DNA of 64,000 nucleotides from an uncultured Gemmatimonadota bacterium (GCA_964626665.1 CAZVGK010000002.1:128163-192162); one strand, 5' to 3'; positions 39,805 through 51,963 are shown, counted from the first letter of the stretch. Program-made: numbers and translations. Notes: generated by a model not told the origin, from the letters alone.

Positions 39805-40941
39805 ATGAAAATTGCCTATGTATCAACCTATCTTCCCAAACAGTGTGGGATCGCTACCTACACGGATTATCTCATTCATGGCATTAGGGAGGAAGCCCCA
39901 GAACTACAGATCAAGGTCGTTGCCGAAAGGGGCGCATCACCCATCAAGGAGGAGAGGTTTGAGGTAATTCCCTGTTGGGAAAGGAATGAGGATTATGTGG
40001 AGCCTATCATTAGACAAGTGAAAGATGTGGATGTAGTTCATATCCAGCACGAATACAGCATATACAAGTTTGATGATAGATTGCCTACAGTGCTCCAGGG
40101 ACTTGATCTTGCTACCAAAAAGGTGATAACCATCCATTGCGTGCGGCCAGCTCAATTTTCGGAGGGAGGAGCTGTAGATGAAAACTTCGCTGCTCGGATC
40201 GCCCAACTCTCCGATGAGGTCATCGTTCACCTGGAGTCACAAAAGGCGATCCTGACCCGGCTGGGGATAACACCAGGAAAAATTCACATCATTCCCCATG
40301 GAACAGAGATCAGCGATGAAGACAAAGGGGGTTCACGGAGAAGGTTGGAACTGCCCTTAGAGGGGAGGATACTCCTTATGTTCGGGTTTGTGAAGAAGCA
40401 CAAGTGTCTACACATCGTTCTGGAGGCCCTCGGGGAGATATTGGAAAAGTTCAAGGATACATACCTCTTTGTGGCCGGAGGCCTTGCCCCATCACCCTCT
40501 AAAAAAGACAGAGAGTATGCAGAATTTATAGGCAAGAGGATAACAGAACTGGGAATTGAAAAGAATGTTATCTATCCAAACAGTTTCTTCCCCAACGAGG
40601 ATGTTCCCTATCTTTTTGGGGCCGCTGACATCGTCCTCTTTCCCTACTATGAGGAGGATCGGTCTGCATCGGGCTCATTTCATCTGGCCATAGGAGCAAA
40701 AAAGCCCATCATTGCCTCACGAATACCCAAGTTCGAGGAGTTGAAGAATATCTGTGATGAACTCCTTGTCCTTCCCTATAATTCCTCTGGAATAGCCGGA
40801 ATAGTTATCAGGCTTTTTGAAGATCAAGAATTTTGGCAATATGTGGTTGACCGCACTGAGGAGTATAGAAGACTCACCTCCTGGCGAGCCGTGGCCAGCC
40901 AACACTTAGAGTTGTATAGAGGGACATTTCGGAATTTCTAA
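39805..40941 (+). CDS. GT4 glycosyltransferase
   Basis: STYLPKQCGIATYT, HIQHEY, IIPHG, FGFVKKHK. Confidence 0.9.
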   Translation: MKIAYVSTYLPKQCGIATYTDYLIHGIREEAPELQIKVVAERGASPIKEERFEVIPCWERNEDYVEPIIRQVKDVDVVHIQHEYSIYKFDDRLPTVLQGLDLATKKVITIHCVRPAQFSEGGAVDENFAARIAQLSDEVIVHLESQKAILTRLGITPGKIHIIPHGTEISDEDKGGSRRRLELPLEGRILLMFGFVKKHKCLHIVLEALGEILEKFKDTYLFVAGGLAPSPSKKDREYAEFIGKRITELGIEKNVIYPNSFFPNEDVPYLFGAADIVLFPYYEEDRSASGSFHLAIGAKKPIIASRIPKFEELKNICDELLVLPYNSSGIAGIVIRLFEDQEFWQYVVDRTEEYRRLTSWRAVASQHLELYRGTFRNF

Positions 40942-41094
40942 GAAATTCCGAAATGTCGGGGGATGTTTGAAGGGGGTAAGCCCCCTTCAAGGGTGACAGC
41001 GGAGCAATCCGAGCGAGCGCAGGATTGCGAAGCACCAGAGGGGCGAAAGCCCCTATGGGAAATTAGCGACCGAAGGGAGCTAAGTTCGGATAAG

Positions 41095-41915
41095 ATGAAG
41101 ATAGCGATACTATCGAGATGGAATACCGCCTGTGGCGTATCGCTTCACGCTGAACTTATCGGCAGAGAATGGGTAAAAGGTGGGCATAGTTGAGCCGTCT
41201 TTGCACCCAACAACATAAGACCTGTGGGAGGAGATGAGGAGTGGTGCTCAGATGCTTCAGCGACGAGGGCGATCATACAGATACATATTTCCATTCCGAA
41301 CCCTCTTTGGAAAAAGATTATGAGATCCTAGTTGTGGAGCGAGTGGAGTGGGTGCCTTTAGAACCGCTGAAGAGATGTTTCCCCCAGATAAAGAAAAAGG
41401 CGCAATTGCATATCTACCCTATGCTCCCAGCGCTTCGAAGGTTGAATGAAAAGCATCCATTTGTCTATCTTGTTTTGGCTGACCCAAGGTATATTGCAGC
41501 AGACATTCGGCCATTAAAAGATGCCGGGTTCGTAGAATTGAGATACCAACTCGCCCCGCTGGAAAGAATCTACACCTATCTTTATGCCTCCGATGCATAC
41601 CTTATTCACAAGCGGGTGGAGGAGGTGCGCCAGGGTGAGGCTGTTGTCCCCAGCGCAATTCTGATGTGTTTGGGAGTGTCGACTCCTATAATTACCTCAG
41701 CCACAGAATTCGCCTGGTTTTTGGAGAAGGAAGTTATGAGGTATTCAACCAGGGATGAGCTTTGCAAGCTACTTATCCAGACATTTGAGGGAGATAAAAT
41801 CGTCGATGAAACCCTGAAATCTGCTGAAGAGTATGCAATTAAATACTCCCCTCAAAGGGTTGCAGGGAAGTTTTTAAGGCTGTTTGCCGGGTTATTAGGA
41901 GAGGAGGGGAGATGA
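41095..41915 (+). pseudogene. Disrupted second GT4-like glycosyltransferase
   Basis: MKIAILSRWNTACGVSLHAE, in-frame TGA at 41191, frameshift near 41240, short for the family. Confidence 0.7.
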
Positions 41916-43090
41916 AATCTTCCTTGGATCGCACTGTCAAAGGGTTAGGGGATGGAAAGGTTATTCAAATCGAGCCAGGAGAGACGATCTTCAAACTCTC
42001 CTCCTACGAAAAGAATCCAATTGTGAAGCCTCAGGACATTGGCCTTACCTGGTACGAGGATGGGAGGTTGAAGTTAGGGGCTGTCTTCAACGGTGGGGTT
42101 GAAGTGTTTGATGATAAGGTTTTTCTCTTGCCAAGATGTCACCGTAATTATCGGAAGGGAAAATACTTCGATGAGGAGCTTGGCATTGAACGATACTGTC
42201 TGGAAAACTACATCTCTGAGGTCTGGCCTCTGGTGAGTGAAGATGGCCTCCACTTCTCCAGACTCCGAAATATGGTGGTCCGGGGCGATGGCAGCGAGCA
42301 TCGGGATTTCACCTATGGGATAGAGGACATCAGGATCGTAAGGTTCGGACGAAGGTATCTTCTCATCGGATGTGGCAAGATCAAGCCACCATTTAAAGGC
42401 GGGAATGCAGATCGGATCGTCATCTACTCCACCGAGGATTTCGTGAAGATCACCTATCATGGAATGGTTAGATCCTTCGACTCCCGCAACGCCATTCCCC
42501 TCCCGCAGTCGGTTGGTGAGCGATATTATATGCTCTTCCGTTTTCATCCCAATATCCACTTGGACATCCTGGAGGGTAGTATCGATCAATTACTTAATCC
42601 CTCCAGGCATACAGGTGCTTGGGAAAAAATCTATGAACGTCGCAGCGAGAACTTGCTTTTGGAGGCCGGGCATCTTCCCCACGAGAGGGAGAAGATCGGT
42701 CCAGGCCCCCAAATTATTAAAACAGATAAGGGTTGGCTGCTCATCTACCATGCTGTCGGCGAGATAAAAGTTGACATCTGCCGGGCCTATGGGTTGCAGG
42801 AAAAGATCGAGAGGGGATATTCCATCTCTGCTGTCCTGTTGGATCCCGATGATCCCGGGAAGGTGCTCTGTCGAACCAGGAACCCGATCTACATTCCTTC
42901 AGCCACCTACGAACTGAGAGGCAGTGATCAATACCCTGTGGATGTTCCTGCAGTTGTTTTTCCTGTAGGTGCTATCATTTGGAACGGAAAGCTGCTTTTT
43001 TACTGTGGGGCAGGCGACAAATACATCGTCCTTTTAAGTTGCTCCCTCAATGACCTGGTTAATTATCTCTGGGAACATTGCAGATTGTAA
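41912..43090 (+). CDS. GH130-type glycoside phosphorylase/hydrolase
   Basis: NPI, AVFNGG, GIEDIRI, KIGPGP, WLLIYH, VVFPVG, YCGAGD. Confidence 0.88.
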   Translation: MKSSLDRTVKGLGDGKVIQIEPGETIFKLSSYEKNPIVKPQDIGLTWYEDGRLKLGAVFNGGVEVFDDKVFLLPRCHRNYRKGKYFDEELGIERYCLENYISEVWPLVSEDGLHFSRLRNMVVRGDGSEHRDFTYGIEDIRIVRFGRRYLLIGCGKIKPPFKGGNADRIVIYSTEDFVKITYHGMVRSFDSRNAIPLPQSVGERYYMLFRFHPNIHLDILEGSIDQLLNPSRHTGAWEKIYERRSENLLLEAGHLPHEREKIGPGPQIIKTDKGWLLIYHAVGEIKVDICRAYGLQEKIERGYSISAVLLDPDDPGKVLCRTRNPIYIPSATYELRGSDQYPVDVPAVVFPVGAIIWNGKLLFYCGAGDKYIVLLSCSLNDLVNYLWEHCRL

Positions 43091-43424
43091 CCTGAATTAT
43101 TCATGAACCAATTGGCGAAATTTCTTGGTCTGAAAGCGCTGGGAACAGAATCGGGCTTCTGCACGCTATACTTGCAAAATCTTGTTTTTTTGACAGACTT
43201 TTTTAAACTGCAAGGCAGGCAAAGTAGACGCAGAGAACGCAAAGGTTCAAAGAAAGATGAGATAAAACGATTGGTTAAAAATCTTTAAACTCTGCGGTGA
43301 AGTATTTGGTTGCGGCTTTGCCGCGCTGTGTATTGTGGGGAACATCTACTGATGGCGATAACCGAAGGGACCTAAGTTCTCTCAGGTGGAGAGAAGGAAG
43401 TCTTCCCCGGGAGTTTCCCCTCCG

Positions 43425-45827
43425 CTATTTCTCCCCCCAGATCTCCTTGTATCTGACATAATCCTTAAGAACCATCTTGAGGTAGGCCCTCGTTTGGCTG
43501 TAATCTATTCTCTCCACAAAGAGGTCTATATCCAGTGGCTCCTTCAACCCTTTCTTCCACCTGAACACATTGGTTGGTCCGCCATTGTAGGCGGCCAAGG
43601 CCATCTCTGGCCTCCCACTAAAGCGATATAGCTGTTGGGTTAAGTAGTAAATGCCCAGGTCTAGGTTAATATCTTTCCTGTAAAGCTCCTGGGAAGAGAT
43701 GATGTGCCTCCCCAAGGACTGGGCCACCTCCTCACCGGTAAGGGGCATAATCTGCATCAGGCCCCGGGCTCCGGACTTAGAGGTGGCATAAGGATCAAAT
43801 CTGCTCTCCCTCCTAATTAGGGCTAAGACAAAGAGAGGATCAAGGTTAACCCTGCGGCTCCGCTCCCAGGCATCAGCAAGGAGGTGTACAGGGTAGAGCC
43901 AGCGGAGGAGGTAAGGGGGAAGGTCCTCTACCCTTTTCCCTTTAGCCCAATCTTCAATCCAACTAGCCACCTTATGACCCCTTAAATTCCAGCCATGTCG
44001 GACATAATATCCCAGAAGAAGGGTGAGGGCCGGAGGTTTACCCCATGCAGCTTTTTCTGCTCGCACAAACTCCCTTTTAGCCTCCCTGGTTAATCCCAAA
44101 CGGGCCAACATCCTTCCCTCCTGATAATGGGAATTCCTCTCCAATGAGAGGATCTCCCCTCGAGGGAGATTGACCTTCATCCAGGAGGAGAAGTTCATCC
44201 TTTCCTTTAGCCTTTCCTCGAACCTTTGGGTTCTTACCAGAGGCCCGGCAGAGGTTTTTCTCAGGGGAAGGAATTCATCCCTTCCCTTAAGGAGGGATTT
44301 GGCCTTAAGGCCATAGTAGGAATGGGGGTACTTTCTGGCCAGTTCCCGCAGGGCCTTCTTTGCCTGGCTGACCTTGCCCATTCTCTGATAAATCTTGGAA
44401 ATCCAATAGATGGCCGTTCTGCAAAAGGGGCTCTGAGGATAGAGTCCACGAAACCGGTTTAACAGGGAAAGGGAGCGAAGCTCATCTCTCCCTTGGTAGA
44501 GGCAGAGAGCCGCCCGCCAAAGGGCCTGATCAGCCAATTTCCCTTGGGGATAGCGATTTTGAGCCATCAGGTATTGATTTGCCGCGCCCTCATAATCCCC
44601 ACTTCCTTCCAAAATCCCTCCGGCCAAAAAGAGCGCCCTTTCCCCATCCGCTGTCCTGGGGTAGCGCAGGGAACAGTCCCTGAATCGCCAAAAAGCATCC
44701 TCTATCTTTCCTAACTTCCAATCACACATGGCAGCATTAAACCTGAATTTTGGGGATAAGGTGCTGTGGGGGAATCCGGAGATCAGGGAAAGGTAGAGGG
44801 ATTTTGCCCTTGCATAATCCCCCAACTTAAAGAGGCAGTTGGCCTGCAAGAAGGTGGCCTCCTCAGCCCGTTTCCCCTGGGGGGCGGATTTGAGGTATCC
44901 CCCAAATTGGCTTAGGGCGTTTTTCCATTCCCTCCTCTGGAAATAGGCTTTTCCCATCTGAAACCTCTCTTCAGGGCTGAGTTTTTCACCCTGTAATTTC
45001 TTGATTTTCTCTATTGCTTTCCAAGTGAGGGAATCCCGGGGAAATGATTTAACAACCCTCCAGTAGTAGCTCAGTGCTTTGGATGTTTCCCCTAACGATT
45101 CATATATCTTCCCCACCTGAAAGAGGGAATTGGCATTGTCTCCCCAGTCCTCTGCTATCTTCACCGCCTGCCGGTAACTTCCCTGCTGGCTGTAGGCTTT
45201 GACCAACATCCGCTGAGAGTTCCAGTGGAGTAGGCTCGCCCGGGGGATGTGGGAGAGAAGATCTAGCGCGGTTGCTGGTTTCTTTAGGCCTAAATAGCAC
45301 TTTCCCAACAAGTAGAGGACCCAATCCCACAAGAGGAAATCCGGGGTTAAAGTCTCCAAGTGTTTTATCCCCTTTCTCCATTCCCCCAATTTAGTAAAGG
45401 AATATCCCATCTGAAATTGGACATTTGCCCCTTTCTCCTGGCAGGAGAAGAGCCAAGCCAGGGCTGCTGGGTAGTTTCTCTCCTCCAGATACAGTTTGGC
45501 CAAGGACCGCTTAGCCTCATCTGCTTGGGGGGGGTGGAGGAGGAGGAGGAGGAGTTGATAGGCCCTAATTGCCTCCTGCCTCTGGTTGAGCATCTCCAGG
45601 GAGAGGGCCAGCCTCTGGCGGGATTTTAAGAGGAGTTCTGGTCCCGCCCAGATGGAAATCAGCTCGCGATAGTCCTCCTTGGCCCTGAGATAATCTCCCC
45701 AGATGAAGGCCTTCTCCGCATCTTCCTGCAATTTTGCTACCCTTTGGGGGAAAGCAAAGGAGGAAGCAAGGGGGAAAAGGATGAAAAGGGTAAGGTAGGA
45801 GGTAATTTTTGAGAATCTAAATTTCAT
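43425..45827 (-). CDS. TPR-containing soluble lytic transglycosylase
   Basis: TPR array plus RRESRF, GLMQIMP, AAYNGG; start trimmed to MKFRF. Confidence 0.92.
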   Translation of the reverse strand: MKFRFSKITSYLTLFILFPLASSFAFPQRVAKLQEDAEKAFIWGDYLRAKEDYRELISIWAGPELLLKSRQRLALSLEMLNQRQEAIRAYQLLLLLLHPPQADEAKRSLAKLYLEERNYPAALAWLFSCQEKGANVQFQMGYSFTKLGEWRKGIKHLETLTPDFLLWDWVLYLLGKCYLGLKKPATALDLLSHIPRASLLHWNSQRMLVKAYSQQGSYRQAVKIAEDWGDNANSLFQVGKIYESLGETSKALSYYWRVVKSFPRDSLTWKAIEKIKKLQGEKLSPEERFQMGKAYFQRREWKNALSQFGGYLKSAPQGKRAEEATFLQANCLFKLGDYARAKSLYLSLISGFPHSTLSPKFRFNAAMCDWKLGKIEDAFWRFRDCSLRYPRTADGERALFLAGGILEGSGDYEGAANQYLMAQNRYPQGKLADQALWRAALCLYQGRDELRSLSLLNRFRGLYPQSPFCRTAIYWISKIYQRMGKVSQAKKALRELARKYPHSYYGLKAKSLLKGRDEFLPLRKTSAGPLVRTQRFEERLKERMNFSSWMKVNLPRGEILSLERNSHYQEGRMLARLGLTREAKREFVRAEKAAWGKPPALTLLLGYYVRHGWNLRGHKVASWIEDWAKGKRVEDLPPYLLRWLYPVHLLADAWERSRRVNLDPLFVLALIRRESRFDPYATSKSGARGLMQIMPLTGEEVAQSLGRHIISSQELYRKDINLDLGIYYLTQQLYRFSGRPEMALAAYNGGPTNVFRWKKGLKEPLDIDLFVERIDYSQTRAYLKMVLKDYVRYKEIWGEK

Positions 45828-46192
45828 CCCTACTACAATCTTAAAGGTGAGGTGGCAGAACCCAGATTCTGCCACCGTTCCCCCGGGCCGTCAGGTGAGG
45901 GTATCTGACCGCTCAATCATTGGTGGCTCGGAGGATCTGAGCAGGAACTTAAGTCAAAACTTCGGGGCTTTGTGGCATATGCATTATCCGGGTTAGTTCC
46001 AAGTCGAATATTCATAAAATTTCTAATTCCAGTCAGTTGTAGAAAATTTCCAATAGTCTATGAATGAATAGGTCGGGTTTCAGTTGGCTAAACAGCCCAG
46101 GAGATTATAGCTTTAATGCGGATTATGAGAATATATCTGCTAAATTTTTAAAGTCAAGCCGTCATTTGGGGGAATTTTTTTAAAAAAAAACC

Positions 46193-46221
46193 TTGACAGG
46201 GGGAAAATTCTTTGGTATAAA
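46193..46221 (+). promoter_or_regulatory. sigma70 promoter
   Basis: TTGACA-17-TATAAA with TGn. Confidence 0.7.
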
Positions 46222-46243
46222 TTAGGAAAATAAGGAGGGAAAG

Positions 46244-46954
46244 TTGGTTAAGAATGTGAAGAAGAAGATAGAAAGGTTTAACCACAAGTTTAAATCTAAG
46301 GGGGGCATAGCCAAATTCCGGAAGATGGTGGAGAGGCTCGACACCCTGCAACAGATCGGGAATTACTTTGGCTTTTCCCGGCAGAATGCTTGGCAACTTT
46401 ACAATGATCTTTACAAAGAGCCCTTCTCGACGATCAGGAACAAGAGGACCTTCCTCACGATGGAGAGGAGGACAAACACCTTAGAGGGGAAACTGGAGCT
46501 CTACCGCAAGGGGGGGAGTGCCTGGCGGAGGATATTTTATACAAAGGTGGTGCGGGCAGAGGCGACGAAAAAGGGATTGGATGTGAAACTCATAGGTAAC
46601 ACATCCTCTTATGTGGGACTATGGATAAATGGGTACAGGGTCATCGTTTCGGGCACCAAGACCAAGAGGGTGTTCTACAACACCAAGGGGAGGGAACCTC
46701 AGATCTACTTCCGTTTTCATATTAGCCCCCGGAAATGTGACTTCTACATCTTCGTCCTGGATGAGGGGAAGGGGGATCACCTCTTCTATATTATCCCTCA
46801 GGAGAAGATAAAGGGGCTCAGAGGGGTTAATCTGAAGGCTAATTATGATGTCCAATTGCCTCCAGGATCATCCGGCAAGCTCCCCTACAACTTAGGGAAG
46901 AGCAAATATCGGGAGTATCTGGGTGCCTGGGATGTGTTTAGAACCCCAAAGTGA
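46244..46954 (+). CDS. Basic hypothetical protein with N-terminal HTH
   Basis: TLQQIGNYFGFSRQNAWQL HTH-like segment; AAGGAGG RBS. Confidence 0.7.
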   Translation: MVKNVKKKIERFNHKFKSKGGIAKFRKMVERLDTLQQIGNYFGFSRQNAWQLYNDLYKEPFSTIRNKRTFLTMERRTNTLEGKLELYRKGGSAWRRIFYTKVVRAEATKKGLDVKLIGNTSSYVGLWINGYRVIVSGTKTKRVFYNTKGREPQIYFRFHISPRKCDFYIFVLDEGKGDHLFYIIPQEKIKGLRGVNLKANYDVQLPPGSSGKLPYNLGKSKYREYLGAWDVFRTPK

Positions 46955-47865
46955 GGTTCCTCCAGTTACTTTTTGTCCTCCTCCTTCTCTTTGGGTGTGC
47001 CAAGAAAGGGACAAAGTCAAACCATAATCCTCCGCCCCCTCCGCCTCCGGGCGTTGAGCTCCATGCCCCAGCGCACATCACCGGGCACTCTATGCTCCTC
47101 TCCTGGAGCCCCTATGTGGACTCCGGGTTTCGTTCCTACCGGCTCTACCATTCCACCACTGCCCCAGTGGATACCACCTCCCAGCTCTTGGTCACTGACA
47201 CCCTCAGTTATGATACAACCTTTTGCGATACCGGGTTGACTGAGAACACCAGGTATTACTATCGGGTCTATGTTCTCTCCACGGATACCTTCCCGCGCGT
47301 CAGCAACCTTACTTCTGAGTTTACCCAGGGGGGAGATTACTGCTTCTATCTGAGGATGGGGGAGGGGGTGGGAGTGGCAGGGGAGAAGGTTGCCATTCCC
47401 CTTACCCTGCGGAGCTGTGCCCCCTTGGGGGGGTTCAGCCTCCTGCTCAATTGGGAGAAGGGGTCAGTGGATTCGGCGCAGATTAGGGATTGGCCCTATT
47501 GGGTAGGAGGGAAGGAGTATCGTCTGGGTTACTTCCAGGTTACCACCCAGGGGGTAGGGGATTCTCTGCGGAACAGACTGGTGGGGCTCTGTCAATCCAT
47601 TGGGGAGGATAACCCCCCATTGCCCCCCAGCCAAGAACCGGACACCTTAGCCCTGTTCACCTTTTGGTTGAGTCCTCACTGGAATGGTCAAACCATTCCC
47701 ATCAGTTTTTTGACCGAGAGACCCGGCAATGACAATGTGATCACCAACCCCACTGGTTCCTCCCTATATTGCGCCTCCGCCGATTGCCCTCAGAATACCT
47801 GCCCGCCTAATCCAGCCATAAACCTAAAGGATGGCCAAATAACCGACCATAAGAGGGAAAAGTGA
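46951..47865 (+). CDS. Lipoprotein with FN3 and cohesin-like domains
   Basis: Lipobox LFGC, Pro linker, LSW...Y..Y...GL...T.YYYRV, then a cohesin-like beta domain. Confidence 0.75.
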   Translation: MRFLQLLFVLLLLFGCAKKGTKSNHNPPPPPPPGVELHAPAHITGHSMLLSWSPYVDSGFRSYRLYHSTTAPVDTTSQLLVTDTLSYDTTFCDTGLTENTRYYYRVYVLSTDTFPRVSNLTSEFTQGGDYCFYLRMGEGVGVAGEKVAIPLTLRSCAPLGGFSLLLNWEKGSVDSAQIRDWPYWVGGKEYRLGYFQVTTQGVGDSLRNRLVGLCQSIGEDNPPLPPSQEPDTLALFTFWLSPHWNGQTIPISFLTERPGNDNVITNPTGSSLYCASADCPQNTCPPNPAINLKDGQITDHKREK

Positions 47866-48041
47866 GGGTCAATGGGGACAATTTGATCCTCCTTAGCTAC
47901 AGCCCTTTTGACTGCCTAACAAGGGGGTCTGCCCTTTCCTCCTCGGCTATCTTTCAAGGGGAAGGGAGCCCTTCTGCTGTTTGCTGGTCCCAGTAGAGAA
48001 AACCCCAGATAGCCTCTTTGTTCGGGAAGATCTATAGCTGA

Positions 48042-48239
48042 GTGAAGTCCGACCTCTATTTACTGCCCGCCCATTCCTTGCTGGCCCTGTTGAAGGAGGG
48101 GAAGGTTTCCTCTGAGGAGATTATCTCCGCGGCCCTGCAGAGAATCGCAGAGATGGAAGCTGGCCTGAATAGCTTCATCACTCTTTTCAAGGAGGATTCC
48201 CTCACCCAGGCCAGAAAGATTGACTCCCATTTTAGATAA
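48042..48239 (+). pseudogene. N-terminal remnant of GatA/amidase
   Basis: LKEGKVSSEEI...LQRI...LNSFIT...ARKID, stop after 65 aa. Confidence 0.7.
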
Positions 48240-48291
48240 TTTGAGTTAACCTCATTATCTGCTCTGGGGCCGGAGTGCAGTGATTTTGAGC

Positions 48292-48320
48292 TTGACAGAG
48301 GAAGGGGTTAAGTTTATTAT
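48292..48320 (+). promoter_or_regulatory. sigma70 promoter for pfk
   Basis: TTGACA-17-TATTAT. Confidence 0.65.
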
Positions 48321-48348
48321 TCGGGAAAGTCTAAGGAGGATGGTTTCC

Positions 48349-49395
48349 ATGAAAATAGGAATTTTAACCGGAGGCGGAGATTGTCCGGGGCTGAATGCGG
48401 TGATCAGAGCAGTGGTGCGGAAGGGGATAAGCCTCTATGGTGACCAAGTCATTGGCATATTGGAGGGCTGGAAGGGTCTGTTAGAGGAGGGGATGACGGA
48501 GGAATTGGATATAGATAAGGTCTCCGGGATCCTCCACCGGGGTGGGACCATACTGAAGAGCTCACGCACCAACCCGCTTAAGGAGAAGGATGGCCCTCAG
48601 AGGGTCAGGGAGAATATGGATGAGATTGGGTTTGATGGCCTGGTTGCCGTGGGGGGGGAGGACACATTGGGGGTGGCCTATAGGCTCTTCCAGGATTATC
48701 AGCTAAAGGTGGTAGGTGTTCCCAAGACCATTGATAATGATCTCCCGGGCACGGATTACACCTTTGGCTTTGATACCGCGCTGAACATCGCCACTGAGGC
48801 TATCGATAGATTACACACTACAGCCGAATCCCACAACAGGGTTATCGTAGTGGAGGTTATGGGCAGGCATGCCGGTTGGATCGCCGTGGAGGCTGGTCTG
48901 GCCGGAGGGGCAGATATGATCCTTATCCCGGAGCGTCCATTTGATATCAATGAGGTGTGTGAGGCCATCCTCAAGCGACACAAGAGGGGGAGGGATTTCA
49001 GCATTGTGGTGGTGGCGGAAGGGGCCAAGATGCCTGAGGGGACTGAGGGAGAGGGTTACATCGCCCAGGACAAGAAGGTTGATGCCTTTGGTCACATCAG
49101 GTTAGGGGGGGTCGGCCATGTTTTGGCCAAGGAGATCAAGAAGAGAACGGGCTTTCAGACCAGGGTTACTGTCTTGGGGTATCTCCAAAGGGGAGGGACT
49201 CCCACCGCATTTGATCGGATTTTAGCCACCAGATATGGTATAGCTGCCATTGACCTCATCCACGAGGGTGGCTTTGGCCAAATGGTCTCCCTGCGGGGGA
49301 ACAGGGTTGTCCCCGTGGACCTGAAGGTGGTTACCACGAGGATAAAGACAGTGGATGAAGATCTTTACCATATAGCGGAGGTCTTCTTCGGTTAA
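48349..49395 (+). CDS. pfkA: Phosphofructokinase, group III, PPi-type signature
   Basis: GGGDCPGLN, GGEDT, PKTIDND, EVMGRHAG. Confidence 0.95.
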   Translation: MKIGILTGGGDCPGLNAVIRAVVRKGISLYGDQVIGILEGWKGLLEEGMTEELDIDKVSGILHRGGTILKSSRTNPLKEKDGPQRVRENMDEIGFDGLVAVGGEDTLGVAYRLFQDYQLKVVGVPKTIDNDLPGTDYTFGFDTALNIATEAIDRLHTTAESHNRVIVVEVMGRHAGWIAVEAGLAGGADMILIPERPFDINEVCEAILKRHKRGRDFSIVVVAEGAKMPEGTEGEGYIAQDKKVDAFGHIRLGGVGHVLAKEIKKRTGFQTRVTVLGYLQRGGTPTAFDRILATRYGIAAIDLIHEGGFGQMVSLRGNRVVPVDLKVVTTRIKTVDEDLYHIAEVFFG

Positions 49396-49527
49396 CGATT
49401 TTGTAACAGTTCCCGGGGATCAGTTTCCAAGGATCAGGGAAAATCCGTTACTATTGGAATTAGCTGATTGCTGACTGCTGATCCCTGATCTCTGTGCACT
49501 ATTACATTGCTTTTTAGGGAGGTGGGA

Positions 49528-50451
49528 ATGCCTTTAGTAACCAATAAGGATGTGCAGCTTGCGGCCCAGCAGGGTGGGTACGCCGTTGGCGCCTTTAATA
49601 CCAGTAATTTGGAGATTACCCAGGCCATAATTGAAACGGCAACCGAGAAGAGATCTCCGGTCATTGTGGCTGCCTCTCAATCGGCCATAAAGTATGTGGG
49701 TATGGAGATGTTGTCCCTTATGGTGAGAAAGTTTGCCGAGCAGGCACCCGTTCCGGTTACCCTCCACCTGGACCATGGCACCGATTATTCCATCATTATC
49801 GGCTGTTTAAGGGCCGGTTGGAGCTCGATAATGATCGATGGTTCCAGCCATCCCTTGGAGGAGAACATTAATTTGACCAAGGAGGTAGTGAAGGTGGCTC
49901 ACGCCGTGGGGGTCTCTGTGGAGGCAGAGTTGGGAAGGCTGATGGGGATAGAGGACGAGATCTCCGTAGATTCCCGGGAGACCAGCCTCACCGACCCAGA
50001 TGAGGCGGTGAGGTTTGTGGAGGAGACAGGGTGTGATACCCTGGCTGTGGCCATTGGCACCTCTCACGGGGCATACAAGTTTAAGGGGGAGCCCAGGCTG
50101 GCCTTTGATCGGCTCAAGGAAATAGCCGAAAGGGTCTCCGTTCCCCTTGTCCTGCACGGGGCCTCCTCCGTCAAAAAGGAGATCGTCCAATGGGGGGAGC
50201 GGTATGGGGCCAAATTCCCCGGAGCAGCGGGTGTTCCCGATGAACACATAAAAAAGGCCGTTTCCCTGGGGATTACCAAGGTGAACATAGATACGGATCT
50301 GAGGCTCTCCTTTACCGCTGGGGTGAGGGAGTTCCTGCAGGAGAAGCCTGAGGTCTTTGATCCGCGAAAGATACTGGGGGCGGGGAAGGAAGCGATGAAG
50401 GGGGTAATTAGCCAGAAGATAGACCTTTTGGGAAGTGGAGGAAGGGGATAA
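49528..50451 (+). CDS. fba: Class II fructose-bisphosphate aldolase
   Basis: HLDHG, IGTSHGAYK, LVLHGAS, KVNIDTD. Confidence 0.96.
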   Translation: MPLVTNKDVQLAAQQGGYAVGAFNTSNLEITQAIIETATEKRSPVIVAASQSAIKYVGMEMLSLMVRKFAEQAPVPVTLHLDHGTDYSIIIGCLRAGWSSIMIDGSSHPLEENINLTKEVVKVAHAVGVSVEAELGRLMGIEDEISVDSRETSLTDPDEAVRFVEETGCDTLAVAIGTSHGAYKFKGEPRLAFDRLKEIAERVSVPLVLHGASSVKKEIVQWGERYGAKFPGAAGVPDEHIKKAVSLGITKVNIDTDLRLSFTAGVREFLQEKPEVFDPRKILGAGKEAMKGVISQKIDLLGSGGRG

Positions 50452-50825
50452 GCCCCCCGAACTATTCATAAAATCTTATGTATTTGCTTGGATGGTCGCG
50501 GCTTCTTAGATATAGGGGCAGGTCTTTAGACCTGTCCGAGAAGAACGGACAGACCTGAAGGTCCCTCCCTACTGAACTATATATAAGATTTCAACCCAGA
50601 TTATGCAGTAAGAAACCACGAGATTCCACAAGATATACAAAATAAGGGTCCTTACAGGGATTGAATTCAAAACCTGTTTTTCACTTAAAGGGTGAAACCC
50701 TCCCTTCTTGAAGGTTCTTATTTAATCTGTGAGAATCTGTGTTCACCCCGTGAAATAATTTAGAAATAGGCATCATTGTATTCTTAAGATGGTTTTTATT
50801 TAACGGGGTTCATCTGTAGTTATAG

Positions 50826-51956
<1,131 letters not shown>

Positions 51957-51963
51957 GTGGGCT

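Noticed and set aside
41191-41193. In-frame TGA as selenocysteine
   Set aside because: Followed by a frameshift and apparent deletion; pseudogene decay is the simpler explanation.
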